Below are positions 37,440-50,100 of a DNA stretch of 64,000 nucleotides, one piece after another. The stretch is from Azolla caroliniana (taxonomy: Eukaryota > Plantae > Polypodiophyta): NCBI GenBank assembly GCA_043228905.1, contig JBHGNT010000015.1, forward strand, positions 18,414,001 through 18,478,000. The letters are read 5' to 3'. The position numbers and the translations under genes were made by a program. The first letter of the stretch is position 1; the number at the start of each line of letters is the position of its first letter. The notes beneath the pieces are model-generated. The model saw only the letters and a list, made by a program, of their open reading frames with translations, made no database searches and was not told where the DNA came from.

Positions 37440-40364
37440 AAAAAAATGCTTCTAGATAAACATTGATAATTAATTGCTTCAAACCAAACAGTAGCAATGA
37501 TAGTGCGAAACTGGAGGGAGTCATTTTTAGTATTCCAAATTAGGGCAAACCTAAACTTATTTAGACCGTGTGCCTTAAAAGGCCATTTCTTTAAAGCAAA
37601 CCTACATCTCGGATTATGCTTTTGGTACATTGATGCCTTCCTTTTTCGCCAACAAAACTTGTTTCTACCACAAAAACATCACACATTTTACACTCTTAGC
37701 TTACCCATGAGTTCGAAGTTTGATACAGGAGCTGTCATTATTAGCCCTAGCTATCACAAGAAATGCAAAAATCGATTAACAGCTTTACCTCATAAATTGT
37801 CGTATTTTGAAACTTGACATGTCATATAGGGAAAAAGTGTATGTTTATGTATGTTTCCTTTGATATTACAAGCTGTGCATCGTATTTTATTGGTTTTTGG
37901 AGTTTACCTTGACAAACTTGTATCGTGTCAATTAAGGCTAGAAAATATGAGTCAGTATCTATCAATCAATCTAAAAAAGAACGTCCACCGAAATCTCCAC
38001 GTGTTTGAATTCCCTACGACCTTCCCTCGATACTCTTGAAAGATGTTTTTATCATTTCATCTATAATATCTGAATGGTGAATGAATAGGAACGAAATTCC
38101 AAGTGAATATTGCACCATGTGCACTAATGTATAAGTAGAAAGAAGAAACAACCTTGGTAAACTAGTATTATGCATTACTATTTTAATTTGGAATGTACTT
38201 CAATAAAGTAACTTGGACAACGGTTGTAAGCTTCAGTGTTGATTTCGAGGTTCATGCTTCCGTGATAAGTGTATGTCATAATTAATTACGCATGTTCGCT
38301 TTGTAGATGTCATGCACATCATTTTATTGTTGCATGTGGACAATTTTGAATGAACATTTCAAGTGATGATATGCTACACGAATCAAATCATGGCCTTGCT
38401 ACTTGCCATAGGTTTGACCATGATGGGTTTACTCAACAAAACACCATATGATCAAGTCCTTGGACATTTTTTCCCCCATTTTGCAACAATAATGTGGGCT
38501 TTTTTGGTTCTTATACAATTGCACACAATCTCCTTTTCTTCATGGGTTGGCGAAAACAATAAATTAATTGGGATAACCTTTCACATCATATTGTGTAAAC
38601 TGGCTATTAAGGTCTTCCCTAAGGTAATGGGAATCATTTAAAGAAAACAATACTCTAGCTTGATCATTGTGTGTGAGCCCAAAAGTGGCCATTTGCATCA
38701 TATCTTTAATTGGGTTATAGGCATAAGTGATTTGCTTGATAGGTTTTACATGATCATACGTATATGTTGGCTTTATCATCAATCGTGGTCTAAAAGTTGT
38801 CATTCTTGCAAAGCGGCTTGAATTTAAATTATTGGTAAGTTGTCCTTTAATTGCAAAGAGTTATTATTGGTGGCGATTGTACACGTGTTGTTGTCGAGTG
38901 GTGGCATGTGGACTAATGATCCATGTCTTCTAGGTAGGGGTGGGGTGTGAATGCACGCTCTTTATTTGAGCTTGCTACTTGTGTAGTGTAGATTATAGCT
39001 CTTTGATAGAGCAGTTCCATGCAATGTTTTGAGCACACACTCTTTGTTGGAGTTCAAGCGGTGTATGCCCATGTGATATACTATAATGAGACAAAGTAAA
39101 TTGTACGAGCTTTTACATAAGATGAAATGACATGGTTGAGATAGGTAGACAATGTCAAGCTTGTTTGTGTAATGTAGATGATAACACTTAGCTAGAGTAA
39201 TCACATGCAATATTTTGAGCACATATAATTTTATTAGGTCCATCAAGCATTCCACCCATCATTTGTAATATTAGAGCATGTGAACAAACTAAATTGCACA
39301 ATATTTCACATTAGATCTACAATTTTGTTGAGATCAGTACACAATGTTCACCTCGTATGTGTAGTGTCATGGATGATACGTCTTTGTTAGAGTATTTTGT
39401 CGGCATGTGTTATATGTTGACAAACTAAATTGTACAACCTTTTATATTAGATGAATGATGTTGTGGAGATTGGTTACAAAATGTCGTTTCTTTCGTATGA
39501 AACAAGAAGCATATGCTTAGAAATGCCCTACATTTGAGGAGTCTTAAAAGAATGCTTTGTCAAACAATGTATGTGGTTCAATGTGTCTTGTTTATACATC
39601 AACAGATTGTCGTTGATGCTTGGTCATGTCAAGTTCAACTAATTATGTCTGCGCATTAATTTTATAGTAAAACAAAGTGGTCACTATTTCAACACAAAAT
39701 CATTAGACAATGATAGGGTTTGGGGGGGGGAGGCCAAAGGTTTTTTGTCAAACATTGGCCCAATTTCCAGTGCCAACCAAGTGGTAGACGAGGCTCTTAA
39801 TTCATGAGGTGAGGTGACATGTTAGATTGTTTATGTCGATTCATTAAGTTTAGAATAAAGCCAAACCGCCATTGTTTCATCACAAGCTTAGACAAGCGGG
39901 GAGGCAAGCCATCATGCGTGGTTACTTGGAGAAGAAAGCACACACATTAACGAAGAGCACGCGGATTCTACCTTTGGAGCCGTATGCTTTGATTCGTAAA
40001 AAGGGTGATTGGCAGAATCTCTTAGTGGATGTCCACACACAGATGATAAACAAAGGGGGGTTGAGAGGGGTATGCAACGGGCTTGGGACAAAGTGCTTGT
40101 ATTTTGTCACATTGGTCGGCATGAATAAGTTGGGGGCCCAATGACCGGCAGGTGACAGGCCGTGCCAAGCGATCGACTCAAATTATGTCCGCAAGCCGTC
40201 CATAAGACAAATGGTGATGCCCAATTCGACGCTCTTAAGTTAAACCCCTTGATCAACTAATCTTTTCTAAGTAAGCCCTAAATAACTCTAGTGAGTATGC
40301 CTTAGGAACAACCAGAACACGTAGATAGGTTTTTGAGAGAGAGAGAGAGCACATAAATAAACTA

Positions 40365-40677
40365 GGGAAAAGTACCAAGATACCCCTGGAAGTTCTTCTA
40401 TTTATCATAATGCCCCTAGAAGTTCCAAATTTACCAAACTACCCCTATGTACAAAAAATTACACTTTATAAAGTAATTACACACTCAAATCTTTGGTAAA
40501 TAGGGCTAGTTCGGGTCCATTTCTTCCATCTTTGGTAAATAAGGCTTATAGATTTGAGTGTATATTACTTTATAAAGTATAATTTTTTGGACATAGGGGT
40601 AGTTGAGTAAATTTGGAACTTCCAGGGGCATTCTGGTAAATAGAAGAACTTCCAGGGGGTATCCTGGTACTTTTCCC
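40365..40677. mobile_element. Mutator-like foldback MITE (313 bp), about 200 bp upstream of bHLH gene 1
   Basis: About 125-bp imperfect TIRs GGGAAAAGTACCA...TGGTACTTTTCCC, with a degenerate 9-bp TSD AATAAACTA / CATAAACGA. Confidence 0.85.
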
Positions 40678-40744
40678 CATAAACGAATCACATAAAAATA
40701 AACAAAACCGCCAAAAAAAAAAAAAAAACGACGGTGGACAGGGC

Positions 40745-40809
40745 GCCACGTAAGCCCTGCCACGTCACCGGTGGAGCGTGGGGTGGCACGCCGAGGTGGC
40801 ACGCCACGT
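40745..40809. promoter_or_regulatory. ABRE-like cluster (3x GCCACGT) in the proximal promoter of gene 1
   Basis: GCCACGT at 40745, 40759 and 40803, 70-135 bp before the ATG. Confidence 0.55.
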
Positions 40810-40880
40810 CGGACCAGCCGTTTTCCCTCTTTATCCCCTCCATTTGCCTGTTATTTCTCTGCTGATTTTGCTGCGCGCTA

Positions 40881-43800
40881 ATGACTGATTACTGCCCCCT
40901 GATCGAGCTCAAATCCATGGCGGATCAGGATCAGGAGAACGGCCTGGAAACCCTAGACTGCACTCACGACCTCCTGATGGAATATAACGGCACCTGCAAC
41001 GACAGGTTTATCTGGAACCTTAATCACGACAATCTCAGCCCTATACTTCAATGGGACCTTAATGATGAGCATGATAATCATAATCACAATCATAATGATG
41101 CTGCTGCTGCTGCTGCTAATTCTGATGCCATGATTAGCCACGAGGAGCTGATTCATTCCTTCAATCGCGATTCCGTTGATTTGATGACCCCCCCTGCTCA
41201 TCATGAGGAATTACTGGTGCCTGATTTTCATCCTAACGATGTTCGAGAGCCGATTATTAGCAATAATCAAGGCGCGGGGATGATTAGCAACAACAATCAC
41301 GCTAATCAGATTATGAAGAAGAAGAAGAAGAAGAAGAAGACATTGATGCAGAGTAATGAATATGGTGGCCATGGGGTGATGATGGATATGGTGATGATGA
41401 TGAAGAAGAAGAAGAAGATCGATTGCAGGAATGGTAATCATAAGGTGAATGGGATTATTAAGGAAGGTTATATCTATAATCCGAGGAAGCTGACAGATTA
41501 TAATCATGGAATCACTAATTATGACGGCAGTAATCCAAGCTGCATTGTCTGTAAATCGACAGCAGGAGAGTTGAATCCTGCTATGGCAGGACAGGAACTA
41601 TCTCCAGTGTCCAAGAATCTCATGTCAGAACGCCGGAGGAGGAAGAAACTGAACGAGAGCCTTTACATTCTACGATCCATTGTTCCCAAGATCAGCAAGG
41701 TATATATATAGTGAATTATGTTAATGATCCACCAGATCATTTAATCCCATTCTTAATCTACTAATTAAGATGCGATTATTACCCCATCTTAAGTAGTTAT
41801 AATTATTAAGCATTTGCTTTAAGAGTAGTAACTAGATTTATGTGATTTATTATAATTAAGCATCTGCTTTAATTACTCCTGCAATTTTGCCTGAATTTCA
41901 AAGAACAGATGGACAAAGCCTCGATTGTGACGGATGCGATTGTTTATGTGAAGGATCTGCAGAATAGGGTGCAGGCTATGCAGACCGATGTCGAGGCTTT
42001 GGAGGCATTTTCGTTGAGAAATCAAGACTGTCTCTGTGCCGCCACTCCGAATTCTGCAGACATGAAGCAGCAGAATATCACTCCAAATATTAAGACCAAG
42101 ATTAGGCCTGCGCCCAGTCCGGATCGCAAACATAAGATCCTGACGGTGAAATAATTAATTACGAGCCATTTTGAGTTGATTTTAAGATTAATGTCATGAT
42201 TATAGGATTTTTCTTCTCGCATTGACTCATAGATTCAAATTAATTAACGTTCATTGATTTCCTCATTATACATGTTTAATGCTAACCACTTCATGAAATA
42301 TTCACAAGGCCAATATAGATTCTCAAATTCAGAGATGAACCCTAAACCCTAAACCCTAAACCCTAAACCCTAAGCCGGTTAAAGATTGATGGATTCAAAT
42401 GAATTAACATTCATTGATTTTCTCATTATACATGTTTAATGCTCTGCCCAATTTAATGAAAAATTCGCAAGGCCAATATAGATTCTCGATTTGTTCACGA
42501 AGATCCATCGATCGATCACCTTCTCTGCCCAATCAATGGCTTGCTTCTCTCAGAGTATTGATCACGGATCATGGCCCATGTTATAGACCCTAAACCCTAA
42601 ACCTTAAACCCTAAACCCTAAACCCTAAACCCTAAACCCTAAATCTGCATTAGCACCACTACCCATGCTTAATTCACTAGCCATGCCTCCTGCCTGCAGA
42701 CATTGTTCCAACCGACTCAACTTCATTAATTACACTACGAATGTATGCTAGATTAAAAATGTTTCACCATGCAAAAACCTACATGCATTGTTTGAAGAGT
42801 AATTCATGTCTGCATGATGGACGTGTTTCATAGAGCTAATTCTAAAAAACCATTGCAAAACTAAAGTTAATTCCATTAGTTGCATTCGAATCAGTCCCAA
42901 GCTTTAATTAACATTGACGATAACCACCTGCAGTTATATGTTAAGATGATATATTAGCCCCCTCAAATGATTTCTACAGAGCGTAAAATTTAAATTACTC
43001 GAGAAGCAATGCGATTAATTAAACTTCGTGGTGATCAAAATATTAGTTGCAGAAATTAATATACGACACTAATTACAATATTAATCAAACACTTTTTGAA
43101 TAAAACAGCTTCAATGTCTGCATTTATTCTGTTTTTTGTAGTTAAATGTGCGCCATATGGAGGCACAGATGTATCATCTCTGCATAGATTGCGAGAAAAG
43201 TCCAGGCGTGCTGGTGCAATTGACGCATGCTCTTGAAGCTCTGGACTTTGACATTCTGAATGCCAATGTCACTTCTGTGAATGATCATGTCCTCAACACT
43301 TTACTGATAGAGGTAATCTGTGAATTCCAGAAGCAAAATCATGGCATCCATGAATCCCTAAACCCTAAACCCTAAACCCTAAACTCTAAAACCTTAACTC
43401 AAGAATCCTTTATTTTTGGGTATTATGCTTGCTACGTGATCGCTCATCCATATATATTGTCATCAAATTAATGCCTTCTTGATCTCATCCAATATATATA
43501 TACTGTCATCGAATTAATGCCTTCTTGATCTCATCAAATATATATATATATATATATATACTGTCATCAAATTAATGGCTTCTTGATCTCATCCAATATG
43601 TATATATATACTGTCATCAAATTAATGCCTTCTTGATCTCATCCATATATATATACATACTGTCATCAAGTTAATGCCGCCTTGATCTCAATCCATACAT
43701 ATATACTGTCATCAAATTAATGCCATCGTGATCTTAATCCAATCTATATATATATATGTTGTCATCAAATTACATAATGCCTTCGTGATCCAAGTAATCG

Positions 43801-44026
43801 CCCGCTCCAAAAATTTAAATGCTAGAGAATCAATCAATCCTATGGCAATGATCCATACACTTTCTCTCGATTCAACGCTGGAATTTCTTTTGAATTTCAA
43901 TGTTTCTCGATCGCACAGGTGAAGGGCGGGCGTTCGACGGTGGGATTAGCAGACGACATCCGGCAGAAAATAGTGAGCGCGCTACCCAAATTCGGGCTGT
44001 TCCTGCGAGATCGAGAGGAGCGTTGA
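40881..44026 (+). CDS. bHLH transcription factor with C-terminal ACT-like domain (subfamily III, DYT1/FIT/ICE-like), about 444 aa; exons 40881-41699, 41909-42145, 43142-43312, 43919-44026
   Basis: SKNLMSERRRRKKLNESLYILRSIVPKISK|MDKASIVTDAIVYVKDLQ and ACT-like CEKSPGVLVQLTHALEALDFDILNANVT. All introns are GT-AG, phase 0 and in frame. The start could alternatively be 40917. Confidence 0.92.
42338..42373. repeat. Interstitial telomeric tract (CCCTAAA), about 5 units, intron 2
   Basis: Read directly. Confidence 0.9.
42588..42643. repeat. Interstitial telomeric tract (CCCTAAA), about 8 units, intron 2
   Basis: Read directly; one unit is a variant. Confidence 0.92.
43356..43395. repeat. Interstitial telomeric tract (CCCTAAA), about 5 units, intron 3
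   Basis: Read directly. Confidence 0.88.
43437..43791. repeat. Minisatellite of about 45-55-bp units with a variable internal (TA)n, about 7 copies, intron 3
   Basis: TGATCTCATCCA(TA)nCTGTCATCAAATTAATGCCTTCT is repeated. Confidence 0.9.
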
Positions 44027-44048
44027 AGGAGAGCAGAAAAATAGAGCG

Positions 44049-44132
44049 CACGTGACAGGGCGCAGCAGGCTGACGTGGCAGTGGCAAAGTCACGTGACAG
44101 GGGGCTGCCCACGTGCACAGGAAGCGCACGTG
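44049..44132. promoter_or_regulatory. G-box cluster just downstream of the gene 1 stop codon
   Basis: CACGTG at 44049, 44091, 44110 and 44127, plus GACGTGGC at 44072. Confidence 0.55.
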
Positions 44133-44276
44133 CAGCCCGTGTGGAGCTTTAAAAAGCTTATTATTTGTGTGTGTGTTTTCTTTATAAGAAACAATGCTTT
44201 TCTCTCCTTGGTAATGCGTTTGGAAAAATAAATATATGAAACGGGGGTTTCCTTTTACCAATGATTTAATAATTTT

Positions 44277-44463
44277 GAAAGGATAGTCGGGAGTCGGGAC
44301 CCACTTGAGTTATCGTTGTTATTGCCGGTCGATCGGACAATTCAGTGTCCCTTCAGTATGTGAAACTCGAAAGGATGGTCGGGACTCGGGACCCGTTTGA
44401 GTTATCGTTGTTATGGCCGGTCTCGATCGGACAATTCATTTTCCCTGTAGTATGTGAAACTCG
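44277..44463. repeat. About 93-bp direct tandem duplication
   Basis: GAAAGGATrGTCGGGAsTCGGGACCC...GTATGTGAAACTCG occurs twice (44277, 44370). Confidence 0.8.
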
Positions 44464-45352
44464 GACGGACAACTTACTGTTAAGATTTGCTTGGTACAGA
44501 ACACAATCACATATGTCGTCTTACGTTATACATATATACAGTACATATATCCCCCCCCCCCCCCCCCCCTTCTTCGCCTGGACGCATCGCCCATGTCTCA
44601 CATTTCCTGATTTTCTTATTGCTTTTGTAGGAGGTTCACATGTATATCGACGTATGATGTCTTCTCCCCTATTAAGAATTAAGAGGGGGGAGTTTTTGGG
44701 AAAAAAAAAAAGAATTAAGAAGGGACATAAAGGCTTTTTACCAATCCATCTTGTAGGCCATCTTGAAATTTCCGCTTTTTCCCTCTCATAATCTTAAAAG
44801 AAGCTTTTGTCACCTCATCGAGGATGTTGAACTGACAAATGAGTTGGCCTTGAAACTACATGTGAATATCTCGCCATGTGCGACTATAGTACGAGGCGGA
44901 TGGAAAGAAGAAATAACCACTGTAAACTTGCACATACGGAATTGATTATTTTCTTATTTGGTACACTTGTTTCAACCAAACTATAGTTGTCAGTTTTACC
45001 GGTGCTTTCCTGATTAGAATTAGAATGTGTTACTACTTTACGCCATAAATAGCTTAGGACGCTTAATACTTTTGGGGGGAATTCCCAATCTCGAAACTCT
45101 TACCATTCTTCCAAATAATTATTTTGTTAAAACAAAATCTTGAAATCCTTTGGGCACGCTAGACATCAGAACTTGCACCATTTTATCGACAGTTCACAAG
45201 TGAACTTAGTATAGGAGATGGTCCAAGCCCGAGAAAGGGACATCGATTTACATGAAACAATTTCCTCCTTCGAAGAACACTTGAAAAGGTGAAACCTTGA
45301 TATTTCGAGTTTCCCTCTCTTCTTCTATGAATGATCTTTTCTAATGCACTGG

Positions 45353-45377
45353 AAACCCTAAACCCTAAACCCTAAAC
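45353..45377. repeat. Short telomeric/telo-box tract (AAACCCT)x3 upstream of gene 2
   Basis: Read directly. Confidence 0.8.
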
Positions 45378-45573
45378 TCGGAGGTGGATCAGGCGGACGA
45401 ATTCACGAGCTTAACATGTCGTGGTGCGTTATCTGCTCTCTCGGTAAGAAACCGATAAAACAAAAAAAAATGTCCGGCGTGATCAACAAAACGTAGAAGT
45501 TCCGCAGAACTCATAGAGCGAAGAATGAAGACTTTGTGGGGTTTTGCCGAGGGGTTGGCCCCCCCCCCCCCAT

Positions 45574-45698
45574 CACGTGACACGTGGCTTAAAATCACGT
45601 GAGAAAAGTGGAAAAAAGCTGCCACGTTAACTACCTACGGATGCCTGCCACGTAAACGCAACTCACGTGGCAGCCAGCTGGCAGCAGCTTGCCACGTG
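45574..45698. promoter_or_regulatory. G-box/ABRE cluster in the putative promoter of gene 2
   Basis: CACGTG at 45574, 45581, 45596, 45664 and 45693, plus two further GCCACGT. Confidence 0.6.
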
Positions 45699-46182
45699 CC
45701 CTTATGTACTACGTACTAACCTCCCCCAAATAACTTGTACTACATTTAACTGCAGAGAAACTTTCTTTTTTGTACTGCTCCCCGAAGATTAGCCACGCCG
45801 ATTCAACTGCTATCTTATCAGGTAATTAGCGGCATTAACAAATTAATCGCTGCTAGTAATTAATAGCGTGATTTATCATTGGGTGATTACGTTCTTAGTA
45901 ACTCAATTAACAGCTACGCGATTACCCCTAATGATGCTTACCCTCTATAATCATGATTAATCACGATTAATGTTCTGTTACTAATAATAAAAAATAAATG
46001 ATGATCGGGTAATCACAAAACCAATGTAAGCAAAATTATACAGCTAAGCATGACAGTAATTAGTGATAATTAACAGTTTATAGCTATGCCATAGCTATAG
46101 TTTGATCTAAGCGGATAATTATTGCACCGCTAATAATTGGGATATACCAAGCTCTGCCTTTTATTAATCAACGACAGGAGAG

Positions 46183-49100
46183 ATGGAGAGCACAGAAGCA
46201 GAGCGATTGGGAGTGGCATCATCAAACCATCTGATGCTGGAAAGGCGGAGGCGGAAGAAAATGAACGATGTCCTTTACTCTCTTAGATCCATTGTTCCCA
46301 ATATCAGCAAGGTATCATTCCATTTTTAGTTTTAGTTGTGATTCTCGTTTTAATTATTACTGTATTTGCCAAAATTTTGATTAGAGATTTTGTCTCCATT
46401 TAATGTATTTGGGTTAATTTAGTTTGTCATTAATCTTCTAATTAGTATGTTAATTGTGGAGGTTTAGTATGTTAATTAGGCCCTGGTTAATCTTCTAATT
46501 AGTATGTTAATTGTGGAGGTTTAGTATGTTAATTAGGCCCTGGTTAATATTCTAATTAGTATGTTAATTGGATTGGAGCTGGTGTGGGATACCTAGGTGC
46601 ACCGGCATTGGCACCAGTGCACCTAGGCACCGACACTGTGGCCTAGGTGCACACTTTTAAGTCCCAAGGCATTGGCATTGTCGCCTAGTGGCACACTTTT
46701 ATATGCACGAACTAAGGCACGCTACACCACAATGGCGATCAAGTGCTTGACGATCCCTCTTGTATAATAATTCACATCGTCTAATTTAGTCGGATAGGTG
46801 ATGGGCTCATCTTCCATGTTCCAATAATTTGTTGTCGCAAACTACATTGTGTCATTGTTAATGTGGGGGAACACTTTGCTAGTCCAATGCCTTGTGACCC
46901 TGACTTGTTTGTGACTTCCTTGCTTCGGTGGGGCAATAACAACATACATGTTTTGTATAACAATATACCGAGAATATTACTTGGGTTTAAGACTTCCTAG
47001 TGTCTGCCTAGGAATGAACTTGCTACTTCATAAAGACCTAATTACCATTCCTTGCTTTTACTTGGATTTACAAACAATAGATGAACAAAGCCTCGATTTT
47101 GACGGATGCGATTGCTTATGTCAAGCATCTACAGAAGCGGATGCAACGTATGAAGGTGGATGTTGCGTCTTTGGAGGAACTTTGTTCGAGACATAAGCAA
47201 AATAGATGGCACATTGTTACAAATTGTCACACGACACTGAAGATTGATATGAAAAGGAAACGTCCCCCGTGTGATCACAAACATCGAATCCTCCTGGTGC
47301 GCTTAATTACGAGCAATTTGTTGATTTAGAATGTCATCACCAATTTGTTGGCTTCAAATTTTTCATTGATTAATTAGTAAATTCATTATTGATCTTAATG
47401 GATGTTTGATAACATTAGATGAATACCAAGCTCACATTTATGACTTGTCCCTTTGCTTTCCAAAATGTTGGGATCATTGAAATTTTGTTTAGATCTCTAG
47501 GTTCTCTTATTTATAAGTTATCAAAAGCAACTTAATTTCATCATTGAAGGATAGCAATCCTCTTGTTAGTGTTATGTGTTCTTGCTATAAGGTTGAGCAC
47601 CACGAGACTTGTTATTATGCCCAGCCAATGAGTTGTGTCTACAATTTAGCTAAAGCCTCTCTTACACACGTGGCTCACCTAGTGCATATGTGGAGGTTAG
47701 ACCTATTACAATAGTAACAAATCTATGCACAAGAGTTATAAGAATTACCCTCCAATTATTTTATTAGATTTGGAGGATTGTATAGCCCAACAAGCTCTAG
47801 TGCTTCTTACTCGAGTTTGACATGAATTGTTGGCATTTCAATGTGTCGTCATGTAAATATAATAGTAGAAATCACTATAAATTTAGACTAGAAATGAAAA
47901 AGGTAGGAAAAAGGGCACTTTTGGAATTACTAAAATTAGTCTTATTTTATGCATCGAGGATACGTTGTTTAAGTAAGAGGGACATTGTAAGGCTCATTCA
48001 TGAGCCGTTTAAGAATTAAGAAGGAATGATTATTCATGTAAGATGATGGAGGCACGAAGGCCTCCTTATCATGTACTCCATATAAATAACAATGTGATGA
48101 TCCTCGAGAATGTCCAAGAGATGTTGGAGGGGAACATAATTAAGCTTGTGACCACTCTATTATGTTTAAGTACCCTTCTTTTACATATGATTGAAGTAAT
48201 GAACTTTAATCATGCGTCATTTTTCAAAGTAATCAATCACCCTTTGTGAGTGATCAATCATGTCATAGTAGGCACACTTTGAGCCTTTCAACACCAAAGT
48301 AAGAATGACCTTTATCACTCCCAAATCCTAGTGCTTCTTACCTAGATTTGACCAAAATGTGATGTAGGGTTTGGTGGTGTACATACTACTTTTGACAACA
48401 AATGATTATGGACCATTTTGCATATGTTTATTGATAAATTGGGATGTTGAACATTCCTCTTTGCGTGATCTCATTTAAAAAAAGAAGTCAAGATTCACCT
48501 TGGTATTAATGAAAATATGTCCAAAGGCTACAAAGAATCCATACAATAAAATATAACCCTCCTACCCACTTCAATTAACATGTCTAGTAGCGGAAGCCCT
48601 CATGTAGTGTTTGACTTTTTCCAAATTTCTCGAAAATGTTGTTGCTTACGAAACGCAACGTCAGGGTCACATAGGTATTGCCTCATATTGACCTCTTAGA
48701 GCAAGAGCATCAACCATATCGCCTGAACTAACTCAAGCGCATTCGGTTTGACTTTTGCTTGATATCATTTAGGTTGGAAATTGAGTAATAAGAGACTTTA
48801 ACCCATCTATATGGAAATGCTTGAATACTCCATTTATAACTTAACATAGTTATCTTAGCCTAAGGAGTTACGTCTACATGAAAAGGAAAGATCATGACCA
48901 TAGACTTATTAACAAATTTAGTTTCGGGAAATCTCTATCTTCCTCACATGGCCTTGCCCTAGAATGTTTGGTTGAGTTATTAAAAGTTGCAGATGAGTCA
49001 ACAATTGTTTTTACCAAAGACACATTGAACTAGAATTTTGGGTTGATCCAATTAAAAACTAAGAAAAGGAATCTTTTGTTAAGTTGCATTTGAGATTGAA

Positions 49101-50037
49101 ACGCTTTTTCTAAAAAGGCTTCTTAACCATCCATCTTGTGTGCAACATGTATTATGTTGATAATAACCATATCATGAACAAACACACTCAATGATTTCTT
49201 TTGCTTCAATTGTCCATTATTGGAGAAACAACTATTCACATGAACAATAGACATTAACGAGATGGGATTTTACACCAAATAATTGCATTTGAAAAAATAT
49301 TGAAGTGTCATCTCCATTGCTTTTGATTGTTTTTGTAGTTGGATGTGACCCATATGGAAGATCAAATGTATTATCTTCGGATACATTGTAAGAAACGTCC
49401 AGGTGTGCTAGTGCAATTGACACAAGCTCTTGAGGCTGTAGACTTTCACATTCTGCATGCAAATATCACCTCCGCGAATGATCATATTATCAACATTTTC
49501 ATAATAAAGGTACTTGATTACAAGCTAAAATGTTGCATCTAATGTTCTCTTAAATCTCATGCATGTCTCTTAGTTATTATGCTTGATACATGAGGTATAA
49601 TGTTTTGATGTTTTTTCAAGTAATTCCTATTCTAAAATCAATGCATGAGAAAATAACTACACCATATTTTCTTGATTTAATTTTTGATGCATGCAAAAAT
49701 ATTTGAACTTTGTTGAGTTATTCCACAATCTACATTATGCATGCACATTGTGCTTATGAAAGAATGTCTCCTTTAGGCGATGAATCCATAGTCATTGTAT
49801 GTAAGTACTTCATTGTTTGCTACCCAAGGGTATATGTTTCTAGTTCTATCTCATGTGTAAGTGTACAATAAATAGTCGAAGAGTAGAATTCCTTACGTCA
49901 ACATTGTCATGTTTTGAAAACCTAAGAATCTACTTGGAATTACTTTTTAACAGGTGAATAATGGGTATTCAATGAAAGTTGATGATATCCGGAAAATGGT
50001 ATTGAACATTATACCTAAATTTGGTCTATTCTTGTGA
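46183..50037 (+). CDS. Short bHLH + ACT-like paralog (about 199 aa); exons 46183-46311, 47081-47296, 49339-49509, 49954-50037; probable 5' UTR intron 45822-46177
   Basis: MESTEAERLGVASSNHLMLERRRRKKMNDVLYSLRSIVPNISK|MNKASILTDAIAYVKHLQ..|LDVTHMEDQMYYLRIHCKKRPGVLVQLTQALE..|VNNGYSMKVDDIRKMVLNIIPKFGLFL*. Intron positions match gene 1. The first exon is absent from the ORF track. Confidence 0.9.
46430..46570. repeat. About 57-bp tandem repeat (about 2.5 copies) in gene 2 intron
   Basis: TTAATCTTCTAATTAGTATGTTAATTGTGGAGGTTTAGTATGTTAATTAGGCCCTGG is repeated. Confidence 0.85.
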
Positions 50038-50100
50038 AATCTGGCGAAACTTTCATACACGTTGTCGTGAAGATTTTCGGCAACGGTGTGAAAATCGCGT

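Noticed and set aside
34500-40300. Short ORFs in the AT-rich intergenic region
   Set aside because: No motifs or coherent splice structure; consistent with chance ORFs.
46578-46730. GC-rich palindromic patch (GGTGCAC/CCTAGG) in a gene 2 intron
   Set aside because: Possibly a small transposon relic, but no convincing TIR or TSD.
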